From: Eukaryota sp. GEM-RC1
Lineage: Eukaryota
DNA: 64,000 nt
NCBI GenBank assembly: GCA_040285855.1
Contig: JAUFOQ010000003.1
Coordinates: forward strand, 2,046,001-2,110,000
Direction: 5' to 3'
A model generated the notes under the pieces. That model did not search any database and had not been told where the DNA came from. It saw only the letters and a list, made by a program, of their open reading frames with translations. The stretch's first letter is position 1. Each line of letters opens with the position of its first letter. Position numbers and translations under genes: made by a program. Shown here one piece after another: positions 46,157 to 57,791 of this stretch.

Positions 46157-49100
46157 CTATGGAAAGGGGTTTGGTGGTTTACTTGCCCCAAAAGGTGATG
46201 TTAATTGTTGATTGGAAAATATAGATGATTGTGATTGCCGTGGATATGGAACTCCAAAAGAAAAGGCAGATTTCTCTTCGGGTTTTGACTTTGTAACATC
46301 ATCTTTTTCGAGTCTAAACTAAATGAACCAAATGAAGTAGATTCAGAAGTAGACTTTTGAGCATTTGGAACTCCAAAAGAAAAGGCAGATTTCTCTTCAG
46401 GTTTTGACTTTGTAACATCATCTTTTTCGAGTCTAAACTAAATGAACCAAATGAAGTAGATTCAGAAGTAGACTTTTGAGCATTTGGAACTCCAAAAGAA
46501 AAGGCAGATTTCTCTTCAGGATTTGACTTTGTAACATCATCTATTTTCGAGTCTAAACTAAATGAACCAAATGAAGTAGATTCAGAAGTAGACTTTTGAG
46601 CATTTGGAACTCCAAAAGAAAAGGCAGATTTCTCTTCAGGTTTTGACTTTGTAACATCATCTTTTTTCGAGTCTAAACTAAATGGACCAAATGAAGTAGA
46701 TTCAGAAGTAGACTTTTGAGCATTTGGAACTCCAAAAGAAAATGCAGATTTCTCTTCAGGTTTTGACTTTGTAGTTTCATCTTTTTCGAGTCTAAACTAA
46801 ATGAACCAAATGAAGTAGATTCAGAAGTAGACTTTTGAGCATTTGGAACTCCAAAAGAAAAGGCAGATTTCTCTTCGGGTTTTGACTTTGTAACATCATC
46901 TTTTTCGAGTCTAAACTAAATGAACCAAATGAAGTAGATTCAGAAGTAGACCTTTGAGCATTTGGAACTCCAAAAGAAAATGCAGATTTCTCTTCAGGTT
47001 TTGACTTTGTAGCATCATCTTTTTCGAGTCTAAACTAAATGAACCAAATGAAGTAGATTCAGAAGTAGACTTTTGAGCATTTGGAACTCCAAAAGAAAAG
47101 GCAGATTTCTCTTCAGGTTTTGACTTTGTAACATCATCTCTTTTCGAGTCTAAACTAAATGAACCAAATGAAGTAGATTCAGAAGTAGACTTTTGAGCAT
47201 TTGGAGCTGCAAAAGAAAAGGCAGATTTCTCTTCAGGTTTTGACTTTGTAACATCATCTTTTTCGAGTCTAAACTAAATGAACCAAATGAAGTAGATTCA
47301 GAAGTAGACTTTTGAGCATTTGGAGCTGCAAAAGAAAAGGCAGATTTCTCTTCAGGTTTTGACTTTGTAACATCATCTTTTTCGAGTCTAAACTAAATGA
47401 ACCAAATGAAGTAGATTCAGAAGTAGACTTTTGAACATTTGGAACTCCAAAAGAAAAGGCAGATTTCTCTTCAGGTTTGGACTTTGTAACATCATCTCTT
47501 TTCGAGTCTAAACTAAATGAACCAAATGAAGTAGATTCAGAAGTAGACTTTTGAGCATTTGGAGCTGCAAAAGAAAAGGCAGATTTCTCTTCAGGTTTTG
47601 ACTTTGTAACATCATCTTTTTCGAGTCTAAACTAAATGAACCAAATGAAGTAGATTCAGAAGTGGACTTTTGAGCATTTGGAACTCCAAAAGAAAAGGCA
47701 GATTTCTCTTCAGGTTTTGACTTTGTAACATCATCTTTTTCGAGTCTAAACTAAATGAACCAAATGAAGTAGATTCAGAAGTAGACTTTTGAGCATTTGG
47801 AACTCCAAAAGAAAAGGCAGATTTCTCTTCAGGTTTTGACTTTGTAGCATCATCTTTTTCGAGTCTAAACTAAATAAACCAAATGAAGTAGATTCAGAAG
47901 TAGACTTTTGAGCATTTGGAACTCCAAAAGAAAATGCAGATTTCTCTTCAGGTTTTGACTTTGTAGCATCATCTTTTTCGAGTCTAAACTAAATGAACCA
48001 AATGAAGTAGATTCAGAAGTAGACTTTTGAGCATTTGGAACTCCAAAAGAAAAGGCAGATTTCTCTTCAGGTTTTGACTTTGTAACATCATCTCTTTTCG
48101 AGTCTAAACTAAATGAACCAAATGAAGTAGATTCAGAAGTAGACTTTTGAGCATTTGGAGCTGCAAAAGAAAAGGCAGATTTCTCTTCAGGTTTTGACTT
48201 TGTAACATCATCTTTTTCGAGTCTAAACTAAATGAACCAAATGAAGTAGATTCAGAAGTAGACTTTTGAACATTTGGAACTCCAAAAGAAAAGGCAGATT
48301 TCTCTTCAGGTTTTGACTTTGTAACATCATCTCTTTTCGAGTCTAAACTAAATGAACCAAATGAAGTAGATTCAGAAGTAGACTTTTGAGCATTTGGAGC
48401 TGCAAAAGAAAAGGCAGATTTCTCTTCAGGTTTTGACTTTGTAACATCATCTTTTTCGAGTCTAAACTAAATGAACCAAATGAAGTAGATTCAGAAGTGG
48501 ACTTTTGAGCATTTGGAACTCCAAAAGAAAAGGCAGATTTCTCTTCAGGTTTTGACTTTGTAACATCATCTTTTTCGAGTCTAAACTAAATGAACCAAAT
48601 GAAGTAGATTCAGAAGTAGACTTTTGAGCATTTGGAACTCCAAAAGAAAAGGCAGATTTCTCTTCAGGTTTTGACTTTGTAGCATCATCTTTTTCGAGTC
48701 TAAACTAAATGAACCAAATGAAGTAGATTCAGAAGTAGACTTTTGAGCATTTGGAACTCCAAAAGAAAATGCAGATTTCTCTTCAGGTTTTGACTTTGTA
48801 GCATCATCTTTTTCGAGTCTAAACTAAATGAACCAAATGAAGTAGATTCAGAAGTAGACTTTTGAGCATTTGGAACTCCAAAAGAAAAGGCAGATTTCTT
48901 TTCAGTTTTTTCTTTTGTAGTTCTTCCACAGTAATTTTTAAAGATTCAACTTCACTAGAATATTCATTCTCAATTTTTGAAATCTGTTCAGTTAATTGAC
49001 TATTTTTCATTTTCAGTTCTTCGTTTTCTAAAAGCAAAGAATCATAATACACAACTTTGAGTCTAAAAGTAAACTCAATCAGCAGTTGTTCAAGCTCCTT

Positions 49101-49790
49101 GATGTCATTTAAAGGAGAAAAAAGAAGTTGTTCCCATTGTTTGAACGAAAATACATATAAACTAAAAAGATTCAAAAATTCAGAGAACTGAGAGATTTCA
49201 AATTTTGAATTTTTGATAGAAGTTACCAAAGCTCTTACCAACCACGACTGTAATTGACTGTTATCACAGAACTTCGTCAACAATTTGATTGAAGTAGTAT
49301 TCAGATTTACTTCTGTTTTGAGGTCGAAATCATTTGTTTTCTCAACAAAAGGACCTGCAAACTCGAGTGCTTGAACATCGTCATTTTCATCAGCTTGTAA
49401 CAAAAATCCCTCTAGCCACGACCAGGTAGTGAAGTTCTGGTCCAGTATTTGTTCTATCTGAGTGACAAGCTTATCTACTTGAAAATAATGAGCTAAGTAC
49501 CAGCGATCGTAAGCATTGGTTTCAGTAACGTCTATTGGAAATCCGTACAAGGCTTTAATGAAAGAAACGAGGGTGGTTTCGGTGACTTTGAGGTGGGAAA
49601 GATCCGTAGGGCATTCAGGTTGTTCAGAGCACTCATCGTACCAAAGAGATCGGAAGTATTCGGAGCTGATGGCGAGGATGCTCTTGTTAACTTGTAAAAC
49701 TTCATCTCCAAAGACAAGAGTCTGGTCCGAAAGTAAAGAATAGTTGAAAAGACCAGAAAGAGTATCAGATAGCGACAAGCTCAAAGACAT
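46157..49790 (-). CDS. BTB/POZ - coiled coil - FG-repeat array chimera (frame broken at A homopolymers)
   Basis: LLSDQTLV...VNKSILAISSEYFRSL BTB domain. Runs into 22 repeat units and ends SFGVPYPRQSQSSIFSNQQLTSPFGASKPPNPFP* (TAG at 46157-46159). Confidence 0.7.
46247..48900 (-). repeat. Coding minisatellite, ~22 units of 119/120 bp (40 aa: FSLDSKKDDVTKSKPEEKSAFSFGVPNAQKSTSESTSFGS)
   Basis: Counted by the GAGTCTAAAC anchor. Units are nearly identical. Confidence 0.95.
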
Positions 49791-50192
49791 GTGTAGTAGA
49801 AATTGGAAATTCGGAAATTCGGGAATTATTGATTTTTGATTAATGGGAGTGGCATTTTGGTCTTGTGACAATATATAGACCGCTAATTGCAATATAACAC
49901 GAGACTCTGGCGTGAAGTAATGAAATACACATGATGTACAATTTCACCAATTTTTTTAAATAGTCTGACCCCGACTAATTCTAATTTCATGCTTTCCAAA
50001 GCCCTTCGAATTATTGAAAATGACCTGGATTATGATAATGCATCTGTTTGTACATCGTCTGACAGTTTCTTCATTCAGAAGATAAAGCTACGTTGCTGAA
50101 GAATGTACGCGAGTGATACGAATTCTAATACTAATAGAAGGCATTAAATTATATTTGTTTAACAAGAGACACATGAGACAAAAAAGGAAAAA

Positions 50193-51422
50193 CTATTGGG
50201 AAAAAGGACTTGAAGTAAGCCCTGAAGGAGGAGTAGATCCAAACTGAGAAAAAGTTTGACCAGAATTTTGAAAAGCTGAAAAACCACCAAAATTAGGTCG
50301 TTGACTACCAGAACCAATAGAAGACAATTGACCAAGACCTGTTGCTCCAAATGGAGAAGAAAAGCTATTAGCAGGTTGTTGTGGTTGAGGGTTTCCAAAT
50401 GAGGGAGATTCAGAAGTAGACTTTTGAGCATTTGGGACAGCAAAAGGAAATGCAGATTTCTTTTCAGTTTTTTCTTTTTGTAGTTCATCCACAGTAATTT
50501 TTAAAGATTCAACTTCACTAGAATATTCATTCTCAATTTTCGAAATCTGTTCAGTTAATTGACTGTTTTTCATTTTCAGTTCTTCGTTTTCTAAAAGCAA
50601 AGAATCGTAATACACAACTTTGAGTCTAAAAGTAAACTCTATCAGCAGTTGTTCAAGCTCCTTGATGTCATTTAAAGGAGAAAAAAGAAGTTGTTCCCAT
50701 TGTTTGAACGAAAATACATTTAAACTAAAAAGATTCAAAAATTCAGAGAACTGAGAGATTTCAAATTTTGAATTTTTGATAGAAGTTACCAAAGCTCTTA
50801 CCAACCACGACTGTAATTGACTGTTATCACAGAACTTCGTCAACAATTTGATTGAAGTAGTATTCAGATTTACTTCTGTTTTGAGGTCGAAATCAATTGT
50901 TTTCTCAACAAAAGGACCACCAAACTCGAGTGCTTGAACATTGTCATTTTCATCAGCTTGTAACAAAAATCCCTCTAGCCATGACCAGGTAGTAAAGTTC
51001 TGGTCCAGTATTTGTTCTATCTGAGTGACAAGCTTTTCTACTTGAAAATAATGAGCTAAGTACCAGAGATCGTAAGCGGTGGTTTCCGTAACGTCTATTG
51101 GAAATCCGTACAAGGCTTTAATGAAAGAAACGAGGGTGGTTTCGGTGACTTTGAGGTGAGAAAGATCCGTGGGGCCTTCATGTTGTTCAGAGCACTCATC
51201 GTACCAAAGAGATTGGAAGTACTCGGAATTGATGGCGAGGATGCTCTTGTTAACTTGTAAAACTTCATCTCCAAAGACAAGAGTCTGGTCCGAAAGTAAA
51301 GAATAGTTGAAAAGACCAGAAAGAGTATCAGATAGCGACAAGCTCAAAGACATGTGTAGAAGAAATTGCAAATTCGCAAAATCGGATATTGTTGATTTTG
51401 ATGCATTTTGATCTTCTGACAT
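50193..51422 (-). CDS. BTB/POZ - coiled coil protein with short FG-nucleoporin-derived tail
   Basis: Intact 409 aa ORF, paralog of the 49790 gene. Tail SFSSPFGATGLGQLSSIGSGSQRPNFGGFSAFQ matches the end of the 52026-55931 gene. Alternative start at 51353. Confidence 0.85.
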   Translation of the reverse strand: MSEDQNASKSTISDFANLQFLLHMSLSLSLSDTLSGLFNYSLLSDQTLVFGDEVLQVNKSILAINSEYFQSLWYDECSEQHEGPTDLSHLKVTETTLVSFIKALYGFPIDVTETTAYDLWYLAHYFQVEKLVTQIEQILDQNFTTWSWLEGFLLQADENDNVQALEFGGPFVEKTIDFDLKTEVNLNTTSIKLLTKFCDNSQLQSWLVRALVTSIKNSKFEISQFSEFLNLFSLNVFSFKQWEQLLFSPLNDIKELEQLLIEFTFRLKVVYYDSLLLENEELKMKNSQLTEQISKIENEYSSEVESLKITVDELQKEKTEKKSAFPFAVPNAQKSTSESPSFGNPQPQQPANSFSSPFGATGLGQLSSIGSGSQRPNFGGFSAFQNSGQTFSQFGSTPPSGLTSSPFSQ

Positions 51423-52025
51423 TATATCGACCGGTAACTGCTAAAAACCCGAGACTCTGGCATGAAGTTTTCAAATGCACATTGTGTACAATTACACCAA
51501 ATGGTTTAATTAGTCCGATCCAGACTAATTCCTATTTCATGATTTAAATTATTGAAAGTGGTCTGGATTATGATAATGCATCTGTTTGTACATCGTTTAC
51601 AACTAATATATTACCAAGTACTTTCCTGCATAAATGGTTACTGAGTAATTCACCTATAGACATCAATTATTTCAATTACAATCTTGGATCTCCAGTAGAG
51701 TTTCCTACACCACCTCAAAAAGCAGCTTCATGACGCTTGAAGAAACACTGCTTTTCTATCAGAAAATTGAACAAGACCAATCGTTTCTGAAATGACCACC
51801 TAACATTCTGTGCAAATGATCTTGCTTAGAGAGAATTGATGTAATTCAACAAAAGCTGGATTTAAGTTGATTTATTTAATTACAACACTTACCCTAGCCA
51901 GCTGACAGTTTCTTAATTTAGAAGATAAAGGGTGAATGAACGCGATTGATACGAACTCTAATACTAATAGAAGGGATTAAATTATATTTGTTTAACAAAA
52001 GACACACGAGACAAAAAAGGAAAAA

Positions 52026-55000
52026 CTATTGGGAAAAGGGACTTGATATAGGTCCTGAAGGAGCAGTCGATCCAAACTGAGAAAAAGTTTGACCAGAATT
52101 TTGAAAAGCTGAAAAACCACCAAAATTAGGTCGTTGACTACCAGAACCAATGGAAGACAATTGTCCAAGACCTGTTGCTCCAAATGGAGAAGAAAAACTA
52201 TTAGCAGGTTGCTGTTGCTGTTGTTGTTGCTGTTGTTGAGGCGCACTTGTACCAAACAGTTGTTGTTGTTGAGGGTTTCCAAATAGAGTAGATTGAGCAG
52301 TAGATTGTTGTTGAGGGGCAGTTGTAGAGAATAGTGGTTGTTGAACAGACATACCTGTACTAGGCTGTGAAAAGCCACTTGACTGACCACTGAAGGGAGA
52401 AGAAGTAGAATCAAAAGGTGATGAAAATTGTTGATTGGAAAAAATGGATGATTGTGATTGCTGCGGATTGCCAGCCATTGGGTTTGTCATAGAAGAGCTT
52501 GATGACGTGGCATCAGCTGAATACAAGGATGATTGTTGAGTATTTGGGACAGCAAAAGAAAAGGCGGATTTCTCTTCAGGTTTTGACTTTGTAACATCAT
52601 CTTTTTTCGAGTCTAAACTAAATGAACCAAATGAAGTAGATTCAGAAGTAGACTTTTGAGCATTTGGAACTCCAAAAGAAAAGGCAGATTTCTCTTCAGG
52701 TTTTGACTTTGTAACATCATCTATTTTCGAGTCTAAACTAAATGAACCAAATGAAGTAGATTCAGAAGTAGACTTTTGAGCATTTGGAACTCCAAAAGAA
52801 AAGGCAGATTTCTCTTCAGGTTTTGACTTTGTAGTTTCATCTTTTTCGAGTCTAAACTAAATGAACCAAATGAAGTAGATTCAGAAGTAGACTTTTGAGC
52901 ATTTGGAACTCCAAAAGAAAAGGCAGATTTCTCTTCAGGTTTTGACTTTGTAACATCATCTTTTTCGAGTCTAAACTAAATGAACCAAATGAAGTAGATT
53001 CAGAAGTAGACTTTTGAGCATTTGGAACTCCAAAAGAAAAGGCAGATTTCTCTTCAGGTTTTGACTTTGTAACATCATCTTTTTCGAGTCTAAACTAAAT
53101 GAACCAAATGAAGTAGATTCAGAAGTAGACTTTTGAGCATTTGGAACTCCAAAAGAAAAGGCAGATTTCTCTTCAGGTTTTGACTTTGTAACATCATCTA
53201 TTTTCGAGTCTAAACTAAATGAACCAAATGAAGTAGATTCAGAAGTAGACTTTTGAGCATTTGGAACTCCAAAAGAAAAGGCAGATTTCTCTTCAGGTTT
53301 TGACTTTGTAGCATCATCTTTTTCGAGTCTAAACTAAATGAACCAAATGAAGTAGATTCAGAAGTAGACTTTTGAGCATTTGGAACTCCAAAAGAAAATG
53401 CAGATTTCTCTTCAGGTTTTGACTTTGTAGTTTCATCTTTTTCGAGTCTAAACTAAATGAACCAAATGAAGTAGATTCAGAAGTAGACTTTTGAGCATTT
53501 GGAACTCCAAAAGAAAATGCAGATTTCTCTTCAGGTTTTGACTTTGTAGTTTCATCTTTTTCGAGTCTAAACTAAATGAACCAAATGAAGTAGATTCAGA
53601 AGTAGACTTTTGAGCATTTGGAACTCCAAAAGAAAAGGCAGATTTCTCTTCAGGTTTTGACTTTGTAACATCATCTTTTTCGAGTCTAAACTAAATGAAC
53701 CAAATGAAGTAGATTCAGAAGTGGATTTTTGAGCATTTGGAACTCCAAAAGAAAAGGCAGATTTCTCTTCAGGTTTTGACTTTGTAACATCATCTTTTTC
53801 GAGTCTAAACTAAATGAACCAAATGAAGTAGATTCAGAAGTGGACTTTTGAGCATTTGGAACTCCAAAAGAAAAGGCAGATTTCTCTTCAGGTTTTGACT
53901 TTGTAACATCATCTTTTTCGAGTCTAAACTAAATGAACCAAATGAAGTAGATTCAGAAGTAGACTTTTGAGCATTTGGAACTCCAAAAGAAAAGGCAGAT
54001 TTCTCTTCAGGTTTTGACTTTGTAGCATCATCTTTTTCGAGTCTAAACTAAATGAACCAAATGAAGTAGATTCAGAAGTAGACTTTTGAGCATTTGGAAC
54101 TCCAAAAGAAAAGGCAGATTTCTCTTCGGGTTTTGACTTTGTAACATCATCTTTTTCGAGTCTAAACTAAATGAACCAAATGAAGTAGATTCAGAAGTAG
54201 ACTTTTGAGCATTTGGAACTCCAAAAGAAAAGGCAGATTTCTCTTCAGGTTTTGACTTTGTAACATCATCTTTTTCGAGTCTAAACTAAATGAACCAAAT
54301 GAAGTAGATTCAGAAGTAGACTTTTGAGCATTTGGAACTCCAAAAGAAAAGGCAGATTTCTCTTCAGGATTTGACTTTGTAACATCATCTTTTTCGAGTC
54401 TAAACTAAATGAACCAAATGAAGTAGATTCAGAAGTAGACTTTTGAGCATTTGGAACTCCAAAAGAAAAGGCAGATTTCTCTTCAGGTTTTGACTTTGTA
54501 GCATCATCGTTTTTCGAGTCTAAACTAAATGAACCAAATGAAGTAGATTCAGAAGTAGACTTTTGAGCATTTGGAACTCCAAAAGAAAATGCAGATTTCT
54601 CTTCAGGTTTTGACTTTGTAACATCATCTTTTTTCGATTCTAAACTAAATGAATCAAATGAAGTAGATTCAGAAGTAGACTTTTGAGCATTTGGAACTCC
54701 AAAAGAAAAGGCAGATTTCTCTTCAGGTTTTGACTTTGTAACATCATCTTTCTTCGAGTCTAAACTAAATGAACTAAATGAAGCAGATTCAGAAGTAGAC
54801 TTTTGAGCATTTGGAACTCCAAAAGAAAATGCAGATTTCTCTTCAGGTTTTGACTTTGTAGCATCATCTTTTTCGAGTCTAAACTAAATGAACCAAATGA
54901 AGTAGATTCAGAAGTAGACTTTTGAGCATTTGGAACTCCAAAAGAAAAGGCAGATTTCTCTTCAGGTTTTGACTTTGTAACATCATCTTTCTTCGAGTCT

Positions 55001-55931
55001 AAACTAAATGAACTAAATGAAGCAGATTCAGAAGTAGACTTTTGAGCATTTGGAACTCCAAAAGAAAATGCAGATTTCTCTTCAGGTTTTGACTTTGTAG
55101 CATCATCTTTTTCGAGTCTAAACTAAATGAACCAAATGAAGTAGATTCAGAAGTAGACTTTTGAGCATTTGGAACTCCAAAAGAAAAGGCAGATTTCTCT
55201 TCAGGTTTTGACTTTGTAGTTTCATCTGATTTCGAGTCTAAACTAAATGAACCAAAGAATCCTTCATCTGTAAGTGAAGAAGACGGACTAGGTGAAAGTG
55301 AAACAGATCTTGTGGATTCTGGCAGAGCCAGTCTGGACACCCCTGAAGTACTAATCTGGCCTTTATTCTGACTAGGCCTGGTAAACTCCTGAGTAACCTC
55401 CTGTCTCTTCTTCCTTGGAGTAGTAAGAGTTCTAGCAAGGGAAGAGACAAAGGGCTGTGGCTTTTTGGGAGAAGGAATAGGAACAGGGAACTTAGGAACA
55501 GGAGAAATGAGTAGTTTGCCCTTCGATGAAGGCATAGTAGAAGAAGGAGAATGTGTTGATAGAGTTGGAGATCCGTGTTGTTTATCCTTTAGTTTAGCAG
55601 AGATGCCCAGTGAGCCTTTTTTGTGTGGTTTATCTTTACGTTGACTAAGAGTTTGAGCACTGTTACGGCTAAAAGGACTGGAAAAAGGAGATATAGTAGA
55701 ACTAGAAACAGGTGAAGATTGTGAATAAAATGGTGATGACAAGTGTGACAGTCGAGACCTCCAAGGACTAGACATGAGAACATCATTACCAGGAGACGTA
55801 TATGGAGAAGAACCAATGTGGTGTTGTTCAAGTAAGGAGCTGATTTGATCATCAACAGAATCTTCCGTCAACGTTGTAGGACGAGGTGCTGTCAACCTTA
55901 GGTTGAGCTTCTGTTTTGGTGTGATTGGCAT
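52026..55931 (-). CDS. FG-repeat nucleoporin (FxFG/SFG, Nup1/Nup153/Pom121-like organisation)
   Basis: Ser/Pro/basic disordered N-terminus, ~23 charged-spacer FSFG/SFG units, Q/S/N-rich LFG/PFG tail. Frame broken only at an A5/A6 run inside units. Confidence 0.7.
52545..55255 (-). repeat. Coding minisatellite, ~23 units of 119/120 bp, same unit as 46247-48900
   Basis: Directly visible tandem array. Confidence 0.95.
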
Positions 55932-56007
55932 TGGCAAAAGTCTGGCACCAAAATTTTGGGATCAATTTTTTGTTTCCAAACTCCTCCACTTTATAACACT
56001 ACTTTCC

Positions 56008-57154
56008 ATGTCTTCTGTCCAAAGGATTGCTGAAATTGAAGCTGAAATTGCTCGTACTCAAAAGAACAAAGCTACTAATGCTCATGTTGGACTTCTTAAA
56101 GCCAAACTCGCGAAACTTAAACGCGAAGTACTTCTCGAAGGTGGAAGTAAGTCCGGTGGAGGTGGCGGACGTGGATTCGACGTCCAAATGAGTCATAACT
56201 CTCGTATTTCTCTTGTGGGTTTCCCTAGTGTTGGAAAGGTATTTTATACTCTAGAACCACATCTCACCACAGTCCTCACTACTAACGCAACTTACAGGCA
56301 CTGCTTCGGAGGCTGCAGATTATGAATTTACAACATTAACTGCTGTCCCTGGTGTTTTAGAAATCAACGGCGCAAAATTCCAACTATTAGATCTTCCTGG
56401 TATTATTGAAGGTGCTAATGATGGAAAGGGTCGTGGACGACAGGTTATTGGTACCGCACGAACTTCTGACCTAATTCTCATTGTTCTAGATGCTACGAAA
56501 CCCTGGACTCACAAGAAAATCATTGAGAAGGAAATGAATTCCTTCGGTCTTCGTCTCAACAAGACGCCTCCGGATATTAAGTTAAAGAAGAAGGATAAGG
56601 GTGGAATCTGCATTACCTCTTCTGTTCCACTTACTCGCATCACAGACGAAGTTGTGAACTCTGTCTGTAAAGAATATCGTCTCAACAATGTTGATGTCAA
56701 CTTCCATCAAGACGCTACTGTTGATGAACTGATTGATGTAATTGAAGGAAACAGAGTTTATATGCCCTGCAGATATGTGCTGAACAAAATTGATGCCATC
56801 ACGATTGAAGAATTAGATCTTTGGGACAAAATGCCCAACTATATCCCCATTTCTGTTCACAGAGAGTGGAATCTAGATTTGCTTAAGGACGAGATATGGG
56901 ATGCCTTGGATCTGGTGAGGGTTTATACCAAGCCAAAAGGAAAACCAGTTGATTTTGAAGAACCAGTTGTTATCTCAAGGCGTCGTGGTGCACCTACAGT
57001 CAAGCGATTTGTGACGAGTATCTCGAAGGCTTTGAGTGAGCGTATTAGTTATGCTTATGTGTGGGGAAAGTCTGTGAAGTTTCAGGGTATGAAAGTGGGT
57101 CGTGATCACGTGTTGGAAGATGAAGACATTTGCCAATTTAGAGTTAAGAATTAG
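56008..57154 (+). CDS. DRG1: Developmentally regulated GTPase (DRG1/Rbg1); exons 56008-56238 and 56273-57154
   Basis: IAEIEAEIARTQKNKAT, GFPSVGK/SSLL after splicing, YEFTTLT, DLPGIIEGA, NKID, TGS domain. Confidence 0.93.
56239..56272 (+). other. Spliceosomal intron, 34 nt
   Basis: GTATTT...CTCACCACAG; removal restores the GKS P-loop. Confidence 0.92.
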
Positions 57155-57256
57155 TTTTTAGTCGGTTTATTATTTGTTTGAGTGTTTTTGAACTACGGAC
57201 TCGATAGGATTTTTGAAGGATTGTCCTTATAAATAGAACCCGTTCAGGTACATGTA

Positions 57257-57676
57257 CTAGTCAGATTGTTCTATCAGATGTTTGAGACGGCGAAGTTCAT
57301 CTGTTTGTTCTAAAATACAGTCATGAAGGGCTTTAATTTGTTGGTCCTTTTCTTTAATAGTTTCTTCCAGTGAACTGACAATATTGTGTGAGTCGTCTTC
57401 AGGGAAACTTTCTTCAAAACTGCTGAATGGGGTTGTCTTATCGATCTTTATCGGCGGAGAAGATACATCAGCATCAAGAACTGAGCTTCGTCGCCTTGAG
57501 GGAGAAAGGAAAGAAGTTGTTGGAAAATCGTCTTCAAGAAGACGTCTTCTGTCTTGGTCTTGAGTCTGTTCTGATAGTTTTGTATTTAACTCATCTATTC
57601 GTTTTAAAAGTTTGGAAATCTGCTGTTGGAGCTCTGTGATATGCTCTTGGGGAGTTGAGTAAGGGAGTTGGTCCAT
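57257..57676 (-). CDS. Small coiled-coil protein of unknown function
   Basis: 139 aa ORF with two heptad segments and protein-like composition. Confidence 0.6.
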   Translation of the reverse strand: MDQLPYSTPQEHITELQQQISKLLKRIDELNTKLSEQTQDQDRRRLLEDDFPTTSFLSPSRRRSSVLDADVSSPPIKIDKTTPFSSFEESFPEDDSHNIVSSLEETIKEKDQQIKALHDCILEQTDELRRLKHLIEQSD

Positions 57677-57791
57677 TTAGCATTTCAAACAAAACAATCC
57701 CATACATGTATTTTCGATTGCAACTTACTGTAGATACATTGTACTTGATGGAAAACATTTTGCCGTTTCAATACTCCTAATATTTGCTGAC

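Noticed and set aside
46247..55255. CRISPR array or non-coding satellite
   Set aside because: No unique spacers. Units translate to FG repeats continuous with flanking ORFs in a eukaryotic gene context.
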